Shown: positions 27,903-38,799, counted from the stretch's first letter. The stretch: DNA of 64,000 bases from Dehalococcoidia bacterium (GCA_965237595.1 CBDEFY010000007.1:836411-900410); one strand, 5' to 3'. Numbers and translations: made by a program. The notes: generated by a model from the sequence alone, not told the origin.

Positions 27903-29564
27903 TCAACAATGGGCCGTTAGCTCAGTTTGGCAGAGCACCGGACTTTTAATCCGGGTGTCGCGGGTTCGACCCCCGCACGGCCCACCAAACTTGACGGTAA
28001 ACAGAACCGAGCCGTTCAGTGCCATCTCCTCGGCGTCTCTCCCCGGTATGGGGCTGTCCTCGGGCATCGGAATCGTGTAGCGCACCACGGCATTGTCGGG
28101 CATGACGACGATCTCCTTCACGAAGCTCTCGATGAAGGCCCTGCGCTCCGTCAGCTCGCTCTCGTTGAGGAACATGCTCATGTCTAGGGCGTAGGCTGTG
28201 ATGGTCTCCACGTCGTCCAGGACCTCTCTGCGTTGGGAGAGCATCGCCCTCGCCTCCTCCGCCGTAGCCTCCAGTTTCTCCTGCCGCTCCCTGTGCTCTC
28301 TGATGCGGGGTTTGAAGTCGTCGATGTCCAGGTCAGTGGTCTCCGCCAGGTCGTAGAGCCGTCCCAACCTGCGCTTCACGTCCACCAACTCCGCCTCGAT
28401 GGTTTCCAGCTTCTGCCTCTGCTCCTTTGCCACCCCGTCCATCTCCTCGTCCACCAGCTTCACCAACGTCCGGATGTTGGACTCGGTGAGCACGTTCTCC
28501 CGAATTTTGCCCACCACCTGCTCCTCGAAGCGGCGGGCGTTGAGCCTGGGGGCGTTGCAGGTGCCACTGCCGCGCTTGAGGAGGGACTGGCAGACGTAGT
28601 AGGCGAACTTCCCGCTCTTGGCGTCTTGGCCGGAAAGGGCGCGGTTGCACGCCTTGCACCGAACGAGCCCGCTGAGAAGATAGGTGCTGCCCACCCTGCG
28701 GGGGTGGCTCTTCCTGGGTGCGCGGGAGCGCAGCTTGCGGTTCACCCTGCGGAACCGGGCCTTGGATATGATGGCGGGGAAGGCCTTCTCCACCCGCACC
28801 GGGTCCGCCTTGTCCTTGGCGTTGGTCCCCCAGACCAGGGTTCCGGTGTACGCCTCGTTCCTCAGGATGATGTGGATGCCGTTCTTGGACCAGAGCCTGC
28901 CGGTGGGGTTGGCGATGCCCTCGTCGTTGAGGGTGCGGGTGATGTCCAGGATTCCCCTGCCTGCCTCGGCCATGCCGAAGATGCGCTCCACCACGGGCGC
29001 GGTCGTGGGATCGGGTTCCAGGGTGGGCCGCTTCTTGGCTCCGTCCTGCACCATGAGCTTCCGGTAGCCGTAGGGCACGCGACTGGCCACCCAGAAGCCT
29101 CTAGAAGCAGACTCACGCATCCCCCTGACAACTTCCTGTGCCAGATTCTCCGAGTAGAATTCGTCCACGCTCTCGATGATGGCCTCCATGAGCTTGCCGG
29201 TGGGGGAATCGTCGGCGTGCTCGGTGATGGAGACGACGCGGATGCCGCGCCGCCTCAGCATGGCCTTGAAGGCGACGGCGTGCTCGCGCTTGCGGGTGAA
29301 GCGGCTGAACTTCCAGACGAGGATCTCCTTGAAGGGGGCCTCGGGCTTGGCTGCCTCGTCCAGCATCTTTTGGAACTGGGGCCGGTCGGCGATGCGCCCG
29401 CTCTCGGCCTCGTCCACGTACTCGCGGGCGACGTGGTACCCGTTCTTCTCGGCGTAGTCCCTGAGCGCCCGCAGCTGGGCGGCCACGGACAGGTCCACGT
29501 CCTGGCGGTCGCTGGATACTCTGGCGTAGAGGGCGGCCGGTATCAGATCGAGTCGGTCGTTCAT
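27903..29564 (-). CDS. large serine recombinase
   Basis: MNDRLDLIPAALYARVSSDRQDVDLSVAAQL (catalytic Ser region), a recombinase domain, the zinc ribbon CKACNRALSG...YYVCQ, and a coiled coil. The last ~27 codons are antisense to the tRNA-Lys. Confidence 0.85.
   Translation of the reverse strand: MNDRLDLIPAALYARVSSDRQDVDLSVAAQLRALRDYAEKNGYHVAREYVDEAESGRIADRPQFQKMLDEAAKPEAPFKEILVWKFSRFTRKREHAVAFKAMLRRRGIRVVSITEHADDSPTGKLMEAIIESVDEFYSENLAQEVVRGMRESASRGFWVASRVPYGYRKLMVQDGAKKRPTLEPDPTTAPVVERIFGMAEAGRGILDITRTLNDEGIANPTGRLWSKNGIHIILRNEAYTGTLVWGTNAKDKADPVRVEKAFPAIISKARFRRVNRKLRSRAPRKSHPRRVGSTYLLSGLVRCKACNRALSGQDAKSGKFAYYVCQSLLKRGSGTCNAPRLNARRFEEQVVGKIRENVLTESNIRTLVKLVDEEMDGVAKEQRQKLETIEAELVDVKRRLGRLYDLAETTDLDIDDFKPRIREHRERQEKLEATAEEARAMLSQRREVLDDVETITAYALDMSMFLNESELTERRAFIESFVKEIVVMPDNAVVRYTIPMPEDSPIPGRDAEEMALNGSVLFTVKFGGPCGGRTRDTRIKSPVLCQTELTAHC
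27911..27987 (+). tRNA. tRNA-Lys: tRNA-Lys (anticodon UUU)
   Basis: Folded by hand. Acceptor GGGCCGT/ACGGCCC, D-arm GCTCAGTTTGGCAGAGC, anticodon arm CCGGA-CTTTTAA-TCCGG, T-arm GCGGG-TTCGACC-CCCGC, and an encoded CCA. Confidence 0.9.
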
Positions 29565-29788
29565 CGCTCTCTCCTCCCTGTCTCTTCCTGCTCGGTAGTG
29601 ATGCGGGAGCGCAGTCGTTCCAGCCGCTCCCGTCTTCGCCACTCCCTCTCCTTCATGAACAGGCGTATACCCTGTCTGAGCAGCTCGCTCACGGAGAGGT
29701 CGTCCTCCTTCATCACCTGGCGCACCTGCGCCTCCATCTCCGGGGGCAGGGAGAAGGTGATGGTCTTGGATCGCCTGGGGGTGGTCAC
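29561..29788 (-). CDS. ribbon-helix-helix (CopG-like) protein coupled to the recombinase
   Basis: VTTPRRSKTITFSLPPEMEAQVRQVMKEDDLSVSELLRQGIRLF. GTG 29788 sits behind GGAG. The stop overlaps the recombinase ATG (ATGA). The longer ORF start lies inside the IS end. Confidence 0.6.
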   Translation of the reverse strand: MTTPRRSKTITFSLPPEMEAQVRQVMKEDDLSVSELLRQGIRLFMKEREWRRRERLERLRSRITTEQEETGRRER

Positions 29789-29855
29789 AACTCTTGTCTC
29801 CTGTTGTAGTATTGTTAGCAACCAGCAAAAGTGGGACACATTGGGAGCCGAGAGA

Positions 29856-30842
29856 TCAGGGGCTGGATGGAGGTCTGGTGAGCTCCCTGAGGGCCCTGTT
29901 GTAGCGTCGTCGCCGTTCGGTGGTTTGAGCCTTCACCTCCTTCCTGCGTTGTAGGATCTCTTGCCGTCTTCCCTTGAGCACGTCTGATGGTGTCACGTTG
30001 CCCAGAGCCTTGTGATAGCGCCGGTAGTTGTAGTAGCTGACGAAGGCCGCGATAGCAGCCTCAAGGTCGGCGGGCAACTCATAAGGCACCTGGTTGACGT
30101 CCCGTTTGATGGTCTGGTGGTAGCGCTCCAGCTTCCCGTTGGTCTGAGGGTGGAAAGGAGTTGCTAGGATGTGCTTGATGCCAACCATCCCCAGGTAGTC
30201 CCTGAATGCTCTTTAGACATAGCCTGGACCGTTGTCACTCAGCAGCCTGGTGCGGTCTGTGACTGGAACTTGGTCCATGCTGGTCGTGTCCACAGCATCC
30301 TGGACCACCTCGATGAAGGAGTCGGCCGTCATATCTTGCTGAAGCCTGTGAGCCAGGATGAAGCGGGAGTAGTCGTCCATAACGGTGACCAGGTAGTAGT
30401 AGCCCCAACCAACCACCCTGAAGTATGAGGCATCGGTGGCCCACATCTGGTGAGGTCCTGTGGTCTTGCGGTGGTACTCCTTCCCCGCGGCCAACCGCAT
30501 CTCAGGCCGCTTCACTAGGCCCTCCCTGCCCAGGATACGGTAGACGCTGGACTCTGAGACTGAGAAGCCCTGGTTGTCGGTGATCCACGCGGCCAGCTGA
30601 CGGCAGCTCAGCTCTGGCATCTCTCTGGCTGATAACAGGACTGAGCGTTCTTCCTGAATAGTAAGACGGTTCCATGGTGCCTGATCGCCTCCTGGTCGGT
30701 CCTCAAGTCCTTGTTGGTCTTGGCGTCTGAGCCACCGGTAGTAGGTGCTCTTAGGGATGCCCAGCTCTCTGAGGACCTTTCGCTTGGGGAGGGGAGACGA
30801 GGATACTTTGGTAACTACCTCTGCCTTCTCCGGGGCGCTCAT
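29856..30842 (-). CDS. IS3-family transposase OrfB with the same in-frame TAA (30213..30215)
   Basis: ORFs 30213..30842 and 29856..30188 share one frame. Products are identical to copy A. Confidence 0.8.
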
Positions 30843-31246
30843 CCGCTGGTACCGGTGGCGTCCTGGGGCACGGGGATGGCCGTTTTTTTGAGACGGTACG
30901 CCTCCAGCGACAGATCGGCCACTAGCTCCTTGAGTTCCCCGTTCTCTCGCTTGAGCTGCCCTACCTCATGCTGAGTGGCGTCCCGAACCGAGTCACGGGT
31001 CAACCTCTCCTTGCCCGCCTCCATGAACTCTTTGGTCCACGAGTAGTAGGAGTGGGGCTTGATCCCCTCCCGCCGGCACAGGTCGTTGACTGTGACCTCG
31101 CGGCGGAAGCCCTCCAGAACAATTCGGATCTTGTCTTCGGAGGTGTACTTACGTCGGGCAGCCGCCTTCACTGTACGGACGAAAGACCTGGTCTGCTCGC
31201 TTCGTTCCTCGGCGGCCTCTGCTTTGCTTACTTCTAATTGGGACAC
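30839..31246 (-). CDS. IS3-family transposase OrfA (copy B)
   Basis: Identical 135-aa product to 16548..16955. Confidence 0.9.
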   Translation of the reverse strand: MSQLEVSKAEAAEERSEQTRSFVRTVKAAARRKYTSEDKIRIVLEGFRREVTVNDLCRREGIKPHSYYSWTKEFMEAGKERLTRDSVRDATQHEVGQLKRENGELKELVADLSLEAYRLKKTAIPVPQDATGTSG

Positions 31247-31357
31247 ATCTGCTCCTTTCTGTGGGTAACTCTACCCTCATTTCAGGAGCTCACACCACCC
31301 TCCGACTCTCGGGTTTTCCTACCCTTATATGTGTCCCATTATCGCTGACGGTCTACA

Positions 31358-31666
31358 ATCGACTACGCCGAACGGCGGGCGAGCGTGGCCGGGCGTTCGG
31401 TCCATCTGACTCCCACCGAGTACGAGCTGCTCTTTGAGCTGTCGGTGAATGCCGGACGGGTGTTGACCTTCGACGCGCTGTTGGACCGGGTCTGGGGCCT
31501 AGGGCGTTCCGGCGACAGGGGGAGCGTCCGCACCTACGTGAAGCGACTCCGCCGCAAGCTGCGCGAGGACGCCGGGAATCCGAAGTATATCTTCGCTGAG
31601 CCTCGCGTCGGCTACCGGATGCCGAAGGGAGGGCAAACATCAGGCGAGCCGCCAGCAACTGATTGA
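31358..31666 (+). pseudogene. OmpR/PhoB-type response regulator, DNA-binding domain only (receiver domain lost at the IS junction)
   Basis: Reading from the IS boundary: IDYAERRASVAGRSVHLTPTEYELLFELSVNAGRVLTFDALLDRVWG...YVKRLRRKL...VGYRM. Confidence 0.8.
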
Positions 31667-31712
31667 ACCGATGTTTACCCACCTTTAATGAGGAAGTGAG
31701 GAATGGAACACG

Positions 31713-32633
31713 ATGCCGCACCCCGACCTCGCCGTCGTCACCGGCGCCTTCAGCTATACGGGAAGGTATGTCACCCGGCGTCTGCTTGGCGAGGGCGTCC
31801 GCGTCAGGACACTGACCCGCAGCCCGGATGCGGAGGACCCCTTCGGCGGCCGGGTGGAGGTGGCCCCCCTGGACTTCTCCGACCCCGATGGGCTGTGCCG
31901 TTCGATGCAGGGAGCCGGCGTCTTCTACAACACCTACTGGATACGGTACGCGCACGGAAGGACAACCTTCGACCTCGCCGTGGAGAACACCAGGACGCTG
32001 TTCGAGGCAGCCAAGAGCGCGGGCGTTGGCAGGATTGTCCATTTCTCAGTGACGAACCCCTCCTCCGGGTCTGGGCTGCCCTACTTCAGAGGCAAGGTCC
32101 AGGTTGAGGACATGCTGGTGGGCCTGGGAATTCCTTACGCCATCATCAGACCTACCCTGGTCTTCGGGGTCGGCGACCTGCTGCTCAACAACATGGCCTG
32201 GGCGCTGCGGCGCTTTCCTGTCTTCCCCGTCTACGGGAACGGCGACTATCCGGTCCAGCCCGTCTACGTCGAAGACGTTGCGGCCCAGGCGGTGGAGGCG
32301 GGCTCTCAGAGCGAGAACTCAGTTGCCGATGCAGCCGGGCCGGACACGTTCTCCTTCGAGGACCTGCTTCGCCTGCTGGCCTCCTCAATGGGAGTCCGAA
32401 GGCGGTTCCTACACATGCATCCGCGCGTGGGTCTCGCCTTGACCGGGCTGGTGGGCCTCCTGATGCGCGACATGGCGCTCACCCATGACGAGGTTGTCGG
32501 CCTCATGGCCGGCCTGCTGACATCCGAAGCTGCGCCGACCGGCACGACGAGGTTGAGCGACTGGCTGGCAGAGAACGGGGACGGCCTCGGGAGACGGTAC
32601 GTGTCCGAGCTGCGGCGGAACTACAGGGGGTAG
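31713..32633 (+). CDS. NAD(P)H-binding NmrA/atypical-SDR family protein
   Basis: AVVTGAFSYTGRYVTRRLLGEGVRVRTLTRSP. 306 aa. Confidence 0.8.
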   Translation: MPHPDLAVVTGAFSYTGRYVTRRLLGEGVRVRTLTRSPDAEDPFGGRVEVAPLDFSDPDGLCRSMQGAGVFYNTYWIRYAHGRTTFDLAVENTRTLFEAAKSAGVGRIVHFSVTNPSSGSGLPYFRGKVQVEDMLVGLGIPYAIIRPTLVFGVGDLLLNNMAWALRRFPVFPVYGNGDYPVQPVYVEDVAAQAVEAGSQSENSVADAAGPDTFSFEDLLRLLASSMGVRRRFLHMHPRVGLALTGLVGLLMRDMALTHDEVVGLMAGLLTSEAAPTGTTRLSDWLAENGDGLGRRYVSELRRNYRG

Positions 32634-32932
32634 TGGCCATCGGGACGGGTCGGCCAAAGGTTGGCTGGGCGAGCATGGGCGGCATTGCCGCCGCCCATGC
32701 GGTCCTGTCATAATCGTGGGGTGGTGGGCCAGGCCTTGGGGAGCCTCACAGTCCCCCCAGCCACATCTCGAAGATTGTTCCACCTACTATCCACTTAGGC
32801 CCACCAGACTTGACAAAATCAAGAACCTTTTCGCTGAAATTCCGGTTGACGCTCTAGTTGGAGGCACGTGGCCTGATAGTCAGCAGTGCTCCGAGAACAC
32901 TCTGGCCACACCCTCCTGTACCCGGTTGTCCC

Positions 32933-32970
32933 TTGACTCCCACTAGGGCTATGTGTAACATCATTACACA
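32933..32970 (+). promoter_or_regulatory. candidate promoter and operator of the second vapBC pair
   Basis: TTGACT (32933) -N17- TAACAT (32956). The inverted repeat TGTGTAA-N5-TTACACA (32952..32970) overlaps the -10, 28 nt before the ATG. Confidence 0.45.
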
Positions 32971-32997
32971 CTCACCTTAACCCGACTGGAGAGCGAC

Positions 32998-33273
32998 ATG
33001 GCCAGAGTGCAGTTGGTAATGCCGGACGACGACCGAGAGCGCTTCGTTGACCAAGCACGGCGGGAGGGCATGTCCCTCAGCGCCTGGCTGCGAGCAGCCG
33101 CCCGGGAGCGTCTCGAAGCGCGCCAGAGCGTGACGCTGTTCGAGTCCCCGCAAGACGTCGAGGAGTTCTTCAGATCATGCGCTGCTCTGGATGGTCCGGA
33201 GACGGAGCCGGACTGGGGTGAGCACTTGCGCGTCATGAGCGAGTCGCGTGCGATAGGAGCGGCCGGAACGTGA
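32998..33273 (+). CDS. vapB: ribbon-helix-helix antitoxin (VapB-type)
   Basis: MARVQLVMPDDDRERFVDQARREGMSLSAWLRAAARERLE. 4-nt overlap with the PIN gene. Confidence 0.8.
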   Translation: MARVQLVMPDDDRERFVDQARREGMSLSAWLRAAARERLEARQSVTLFESPQDVEEFFRSCAALDGPETEPDWGEHLRVMSESRAIGAAGT

Positions 33274-33665
33274 TTTTCGTTGATTCCAACGTCTTCATGT
33301 ACGCGGTAGGACGGCCACACCTACTCCAGACGGCCGCCCAGCGCTTCTTCGTCGAAGCCAACCGGAATGGCACCCCATTGTGCACTTCAGCGGAGGTCAT
33401 GCAGGAGTTGGCCCACGTATACCTGCCCACTGGGAGGCTGCAAACCTTCGATGCAGCGCTGGAGCTAATGGCCAGCGCAGCAGTTGAGGTCTGGCCGCTG
33501 GCGGAGGCGGACGTAGCTCTGGCCCGGCGGCTCCACGAGCAATATCCGACCCTACAAGCCCGCGACCTCTGTCACCTGGCCAGTTGCCGACGGCGCAGTG
33601 TCGAGGAGATAAAGACCTTTGACCAAGCTTTCGCGGCCATATCCGGCGATCCGTCAATCCCATAG
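33270..33665 (+). CDS. vapC: PIN-domain toxin (VapC-type)
   Basis: MIFVDSNVFMYAVG...TSAEVMQELAHVY...ARDLCHLASC...IKTFDQAF. Confidence 0.85.
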   Translation: MIFVDSNVFMYAVGRPHLLQTAAQRFFVEANRNGTPLCTSAEVMQELAHVYLPTGRLQTFDAALELMASAAVEVWPLAEADVALARRLHEQYPTLQARDLCHLASCRRRSVEEIKTFDQAFAAISGDPSIP

Positions 33666-33824
33666 AGGCGAGCATAGTCCGGTCAAAGGCTGACGGAGCA
33701 CGTATGCCACCTAAGACGGAGCCGAGTACATGCCCCGAACGGACCGCCGAACTGGAGGAATCGGCAGGCGAATGCCCTGCCGTAGCCGCCCAAGGGTCGC
33801 ACCGATGGAACCCGTCGTGAGCAT

Positions 33825-36800
33825 TTGATTGTGACGAGCGCAACGCATGAACACACTCTGAACGTCGCCCTCGGCGAGGTACTGGGGCGGCTGCGTCTAA
33901 GCTGGCGGACACGAAGCGAGCAGACTGGTCACGTGCTCATGGAGGGTGGTCGGCCTGACATTCTCTATAGAGGAAGCGAGCGGTTGGCCTATTGCCATCG
34001 AGGCTGAACGCAGCAATCATGCCAGTGCGGAGGCTGATGCCCAAGCGCGGCTTGGCCGCACGGTAGCTAGCACAGGCCGACAGATAGAGACCGCGATTGC
34101 GCTGGTGTACCCGGCGAACCTCCATTCACTTGACGGCTCTACGCTACGGTATGCCATTAGCAGCACTCAGGACTTAGAGTACGCGCTCTACACCCGCCGC
34201 GTCGACAGTCCGCCCGAACGCCTGCCGTCCCAGGGGTGGATTACCGGCAGCGTGCGAGACCTGGCTATGCTCGTCCATCGTGCCGCCGTTCCCCCACCCA
34301 GGGTCGCAGCGCTCGCCTTTGAACTTGAGGATGGTGTGAGGCTCGCGGCAGAGGAGTTTACACGCAGGCATCCTTACGGAAATGAACTTGGGACAAGAGT
34401 CGCGAGCGTCCTTGGCCAATCGGACGATGAAGAAGGACAGACTCGGCGCATGGCGATGACGGTGATCGTCAATGCCCTCGTCTTTCACGAATCGCTTGCC
34501 GAGGTCGAGTTCAATGTTCCGGACGCTGAAGCAGGTAGTAGACGTGGAGTACGCCCTATCGAGTCTTTCCGTCCTGGGAGTGTATTCGCTCCTGAAGAGG
34601 TTTGCCTGGAATGGGAGAGAATTCTGACTGTCAACTACTGGCCTATCTTCTGGTCTGCCAAGGAGATGCTGCGTCTCATGCCGACTGCGACAGTCAACGC
34701 CTTGCTGAGTTGGCTTTGGCAGACGGGCCAGAAGCTCGTCGCGGGAGGTGTGACTCGTTCACATGATCTCATGGGCATCGTCTTTCAGAGGCTGATTGCC
34801 GACCGCAAGTTCCTTGCAACCTACTACACACGACCAGAAGCAGCCGCTCTGCTCGCAGGCCGTTGGGAGGGGCAGACTGGGGCGAGGGCGAGACACTGGC
34901 CGGCGCACAGATAGGCGACTTCGCCTGTGGTACGGGCACCTTGCTTTCCATGGCATACCAGCGGATGTCGTTACTGCATGAACTGCATGGCGGGGATTCG
35001 CGAAAGTTGCACGGACCGATGATGCGGCACGGATTGATGGGCCTCGATGTGCTCAACATCGCCGTGCATCTGACGGCGGCGATGCTGGCCGGTAGTCAAC
35101 CTGATACCCCATTCGATGGCGAATGCCTGTTGACGATGCCCTACGGGGCACAAGAGGACGGCAACGTTGCGATTGGCTTGCTGGATCTGCTGGCCGAGAC
35201 TGTACAACCGTCACTGATGGATACCGCCGCAGCGGTATCAGCCGGGGGCAGAGCGCCTGAAAGGGTGCGTGACCTCGTGTCCAGAGTCGGACACACCCAA
35301 TTCGACCTTGTAATCATGAACCCGCCCTTCGTTCGTTCAACCGGCATGGAATCGGAGAAACGAGGAACGGGAAACCCGGCGTTTGCGGCCTTCGATACCG
35401 GCAAAGCAACCCAGCGACGTATGCAGGACTCGCTCGCTGTCCTCCGAGGGACGGCATCAATCGGTACCGGCAACGCTGGCCTCGCCGCGGACTTTCTTGA
35501 CCTCGCGTTACGCAAGGTTCGTAAGGACGGTGTGCTTGCTCTAGTGCTGCCGCTTAGCGCCGCCAGCGGAACTGAATGGGAGGATGCGCGCAAGGCCCTG
35601 GCCAAACACTGCCAGGACATTATCGTCGTAACCGTTGCAGGGGCAGGTTCCTATGACTCCTCTTTTTCTGCCGACACCGGAATGGCGGAATGCTTGCTGG
35701 TAGCCCGACGCGGTGAGACGTCGGCGCAGAAGCGAGCAACTTTCGTGATGCTTCGGCAAAGACCCAAATCCACCGTCGAGGCGGAATTGTTGGCTACCGA
35801 GATATCTCGCATTCGTGAGTCTGGCCAACTGCGTGCCGTCGAGCGTTTAGAGGGCCGTAGCGTCGTTGCCATTGGGGAGAGCGATTACGGCGTGATGCTT
35901 GACGCTCCGCTTCCTGAATCAGGTCCGTGGCCCCTCGTGGGAATTCGTGACGAGGAGCTTGCCCAGGTGGGCTGGAACCTTGAGCGGGGGGCATTGGTCC
36001 CATTAGGGCAGCCGAATCTAGCAAGCGTCGATATAGCTATCGCACCCATAGGACAAATTGGTGGAAGAGGCCCCTACCATACGGACATCTATTGGGACCA
36101 GCCCGACGGAACGCCACGCGGTCCCTTTGAGCTGATAAAGCCGGCAGTCAGCCCAGCACCTACGTATCCGATGCTTTGGGCGCACGCTGCCAAGCGCGAG
36201 AGAAGGCTCGTTGTCGACCCAGATTCGGAAGGTCGGATAAAGGCAGCGTCGCGGAGAGTGACGCAGGATGATCTGATGGAAAAGGCTGCAAGCGTATGGG
36301 GTACCGCCACTCGGGCTCACTACAACCGCGATTTGCAATTTAATTCCCAGTCTCTCATTGTGGCGATGACGGATCGTCCGTGTATTGGCGGGCAGGCTTG
36401 GCCGTCGGTCATTTTTGAGAACAGGGAGCATGAGTACGCCTTTGCCTTGTGGAGCAACTCGACGTTGGGTTTGCTGTTGCATTGGTGGGTTGCGAACAAG
36501 ACCCAGTCCGGCCGAGGACGGACGACAGTGACTGGCATACCCAAGATTCCCACCTTAGATGTGAGAACTTTGACGGATGAGCAAAAAGCCTCCGCCATGA
36601 CCCCGTTTGAAGCCTTGCAGGAGCGGCGGTTTCTCCCATTCGACCAGATTGACGAGGACCCGGCCCGAGCTGAACTCGACCGCCGCCTTCTGGAGGATGT
36701 GCTCGGCCTGCCGCAAACGCTATGTGAGGCTGATGGCCCCATCGACTTGCTCCGCCGTAAGCTTGCCCGCGAGCCGCAGATTCACGGTGGCAAGCAAACG

Positions 36801-36857
36801 AGAGTTGTTTTCTATGCCGAGGGGGATGAAAACAACGAGCCCCGGTCAGATCGTTAG
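33825..36857 (+). pseudogene. single-chain PD-(D/E)xK-like nuclease + gamma-class N6-adenine DNA methyltransferase + TRD-like C-terminus (type IIG-like), two frameshifts as sequenced
   Basis: Three ORFs chain together. GGRPDIL / IEEASGWPIAIEAERS is the nuclease-like part (shift within 33946..34007). ...ATYYTRPEAAALLAG / ADWGEGETLAGAQIGDFACGTG is motif I (shift within 34863..34914). NPPF lies at 35319..35330. The C-terminal ~330 aa are TRD-like. Confidence 0.7.
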
Positions 36858-36966
36858 GAAACCTCCCTGCGGTTGCGGTGACTTCAAGCTTCGACACCGA
36901 CGTTGCATTCAAAGACCCTGCCACGTGCCGATTGCCCACCGGACGCTCAATCACTACGATCGTACT

Positions 36967-38680
36967 ATGGTGCTCTCAGACCGACAGCTGCTCGACGCCC
37001 TCAGCCGGACGCCGTTCGTCGACTCGGCGGAGCTGGCGCTCATTCTTGGCGAGCCGCACGCCACGGTTCACCGCGCCCTGTCCGGCCTGCTGGCCAACGG
37101 TGTAGCTGGCCGCGTGAGCCACGGGAGACCGCCCAGCTGCCTTCTAGCCAGAGGTACTACCTGACGGCTAGGGGCATCAGAGAGGCCACAGGAGTTCTCG
37201 GCTTGGAGACGCCTTCAGACTTCGTGCGAGCCTACCCGGTGTCCAGGCAGTGGCTGGCCTTGCTCATCCGGCGGATGGACGCGGTGGTCGCCGTCTACCG
37301 AATCGCCGCCTCGATGTCCCCCGGCATCGGCGGGCTCCGATCCCACCTGGAGTTCCACCGCAGGGGCCGCTTCGACGCCACCATCACGCTCCACGACGGC
37401 CGTAGCTTCGGTGTGGTGCGGCAAGCCTGACCCTGCGGCGTCGGTCGCTCTACGACCGGCTGAGGGCCATAGCGGAGTACGACTACACCCGCCGCCCCGA
37501 CACCGTTCTGATCCTGACGCCCAGCATCTGGGAGGAGAGGCTGACGACGAGGTTCTGCGAGGAACGGAACCTCCGTGACTGCTACGTCGCCGTGGAGTCC
37601 AGGGACGCGCTCGAAGGCCGGGACCTTCGCCTCTGGTGTTGCACCTCGTGGGTGATCGGAAGCAGGTTCTTTAGTCTGGAGACCATCAGCTCCCACAGCA
37701 GCGCCGGCGGAGCGCCCCGCACGGAGTCGCCGGAGCGGAAGCGGGCATCGCTACCCCGCCCCGAGCGGATGGTCCAGGCTGCGCCCACCTTCGGCATCAG
37801 CCCGTCTGAGAAGCGGACGCTCGACCTCATCACCGACCACCCGATGATTCCCCGTGAGCACCTGGCCACCTGGCTCGGCGTCTCTGAGGGGCGAGTCAGC
37901 CAGATGGTGCGCAGCCTCGTGAACACCTGGGGCCTCGTCGAGCGTCATGGAACAAGGGGCGACAACCGCTACACGCTGTCCGCCGAGGGCATACGCTACG
38001 TCACCCACAGGGACCGCGCCCAGCTCCCGACCACGCAGGGCATCTGGAGCACCGCCCTCACCACAGACCGCCAGGGCCGGAGACGTCACGTGGGCCACCG
38101 CATCGAGACGTGGGCTCGGCAGACGAAGCACGCCGACGGCATCACGTGGTTTCTGTCGAAGCTTGAAGCCGAGGCCAGGGCAGACCCCGACAGCGAGCTG
38201 CTGTGGTCGGTCCCCACCGCGAGGTCCGACCGGGCCTACAACTGGGTCCAGTCGGCCATCGCCCCCGACGCCGTGGGGAAGATGACCGCAGAGGGCCTTC
38301 AGATACCGTTCTACTTCGAGTACGAGCTTCGCGCCCGTCACCCCATGGGAGTCCTCGCCCGCCTGAGTCCATACAGAAGCTACTACTGGTCGAACGAGCC
38401 GGGGGACGACCAGCCGCCGTTCCCCGCTACGCTCTTCGTTGTGGACACAGAGGAGGTCGAGGCAACCTACGTGCGCACCGCTGCCCACATGAGCCGGATG
38501 TCGCTGCCCATATTCGTGTCCTGCACCTCTGTGCTGTCACGCACGGGTACCCTTGGACGGTCCTGGTATCCACTCTGGGAGCCGGAGTCTCCGAGGCGTG
38601 CGCTGTCCGAGCTGCGCCTCTATCAATGGGACTCGCTCTACCACCGGATGCGTCACCGTCCTGTAGGAGGGAATAGATAG
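36967..38680 (+). pseudogene. tandem-duplicated wHTH + replication-relaxation (Replic_Relax-like) protein, two frameshifts as sequenced
   Basis: First half: MVLSDRQLLDALSRTPFVDSAELALILGEPHATVHRALSGLLANG...YYLTARG...RFDATITLHDGRSFGVV. Second half: SPSEKRTLDLITDHPMIPREHLATWLGVSEGRVSQMVRSLV...RYTLSAEG...APDAVGKMTAEGLQIPFYFEYELR. Shifts lie near 37100..37164 and 37425..37432. Confidence 0.65.
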
Positions 38681-38758
38681 GGCCGATACGTCCCCATCTG
38701 CCCTTCCTGCTGGCTGGGGGGTACAAAATGGCACAACCGGCCCGATTTCCGGGGACTT

Positions 38759-38796
38759 CCAGAGGCCGTTTCACAGCCAAATCAGCTACGAAACGG
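38759..38796 (+). repeat. repeat-module copy alpha (hairpin part only)
   Basis: CCGTTTC-acagccaaaTCAGCTAC-GAAACGG (38766..38796). It shares the TCAGCTRCGRAAY core with copies at 41.30 and 41.86 kb. Confidence 0.55.
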
Positions 38797-38799
38797 GGT

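Larger units (their letters stand above)
29813..31357 (-). mobile_element. IS3-family IS, 1545 bp, copy B (inverted relative to A and C)
   Basis: The encoded proteins are identical to copy A and the termini are the same. No flanking direct repeat. Confidence 0.9.

Noticed and set aside
27903-29828. The 641-aa version of the recombinase ORF, with an 88-aa N-terminal extension.
   Set aside because: The extension overlaps the RHH gene in another frame and has no recombinase features. The catalytic N-terminus starts at ATG 29564, which is ATGA-coupled to the RHH stop.
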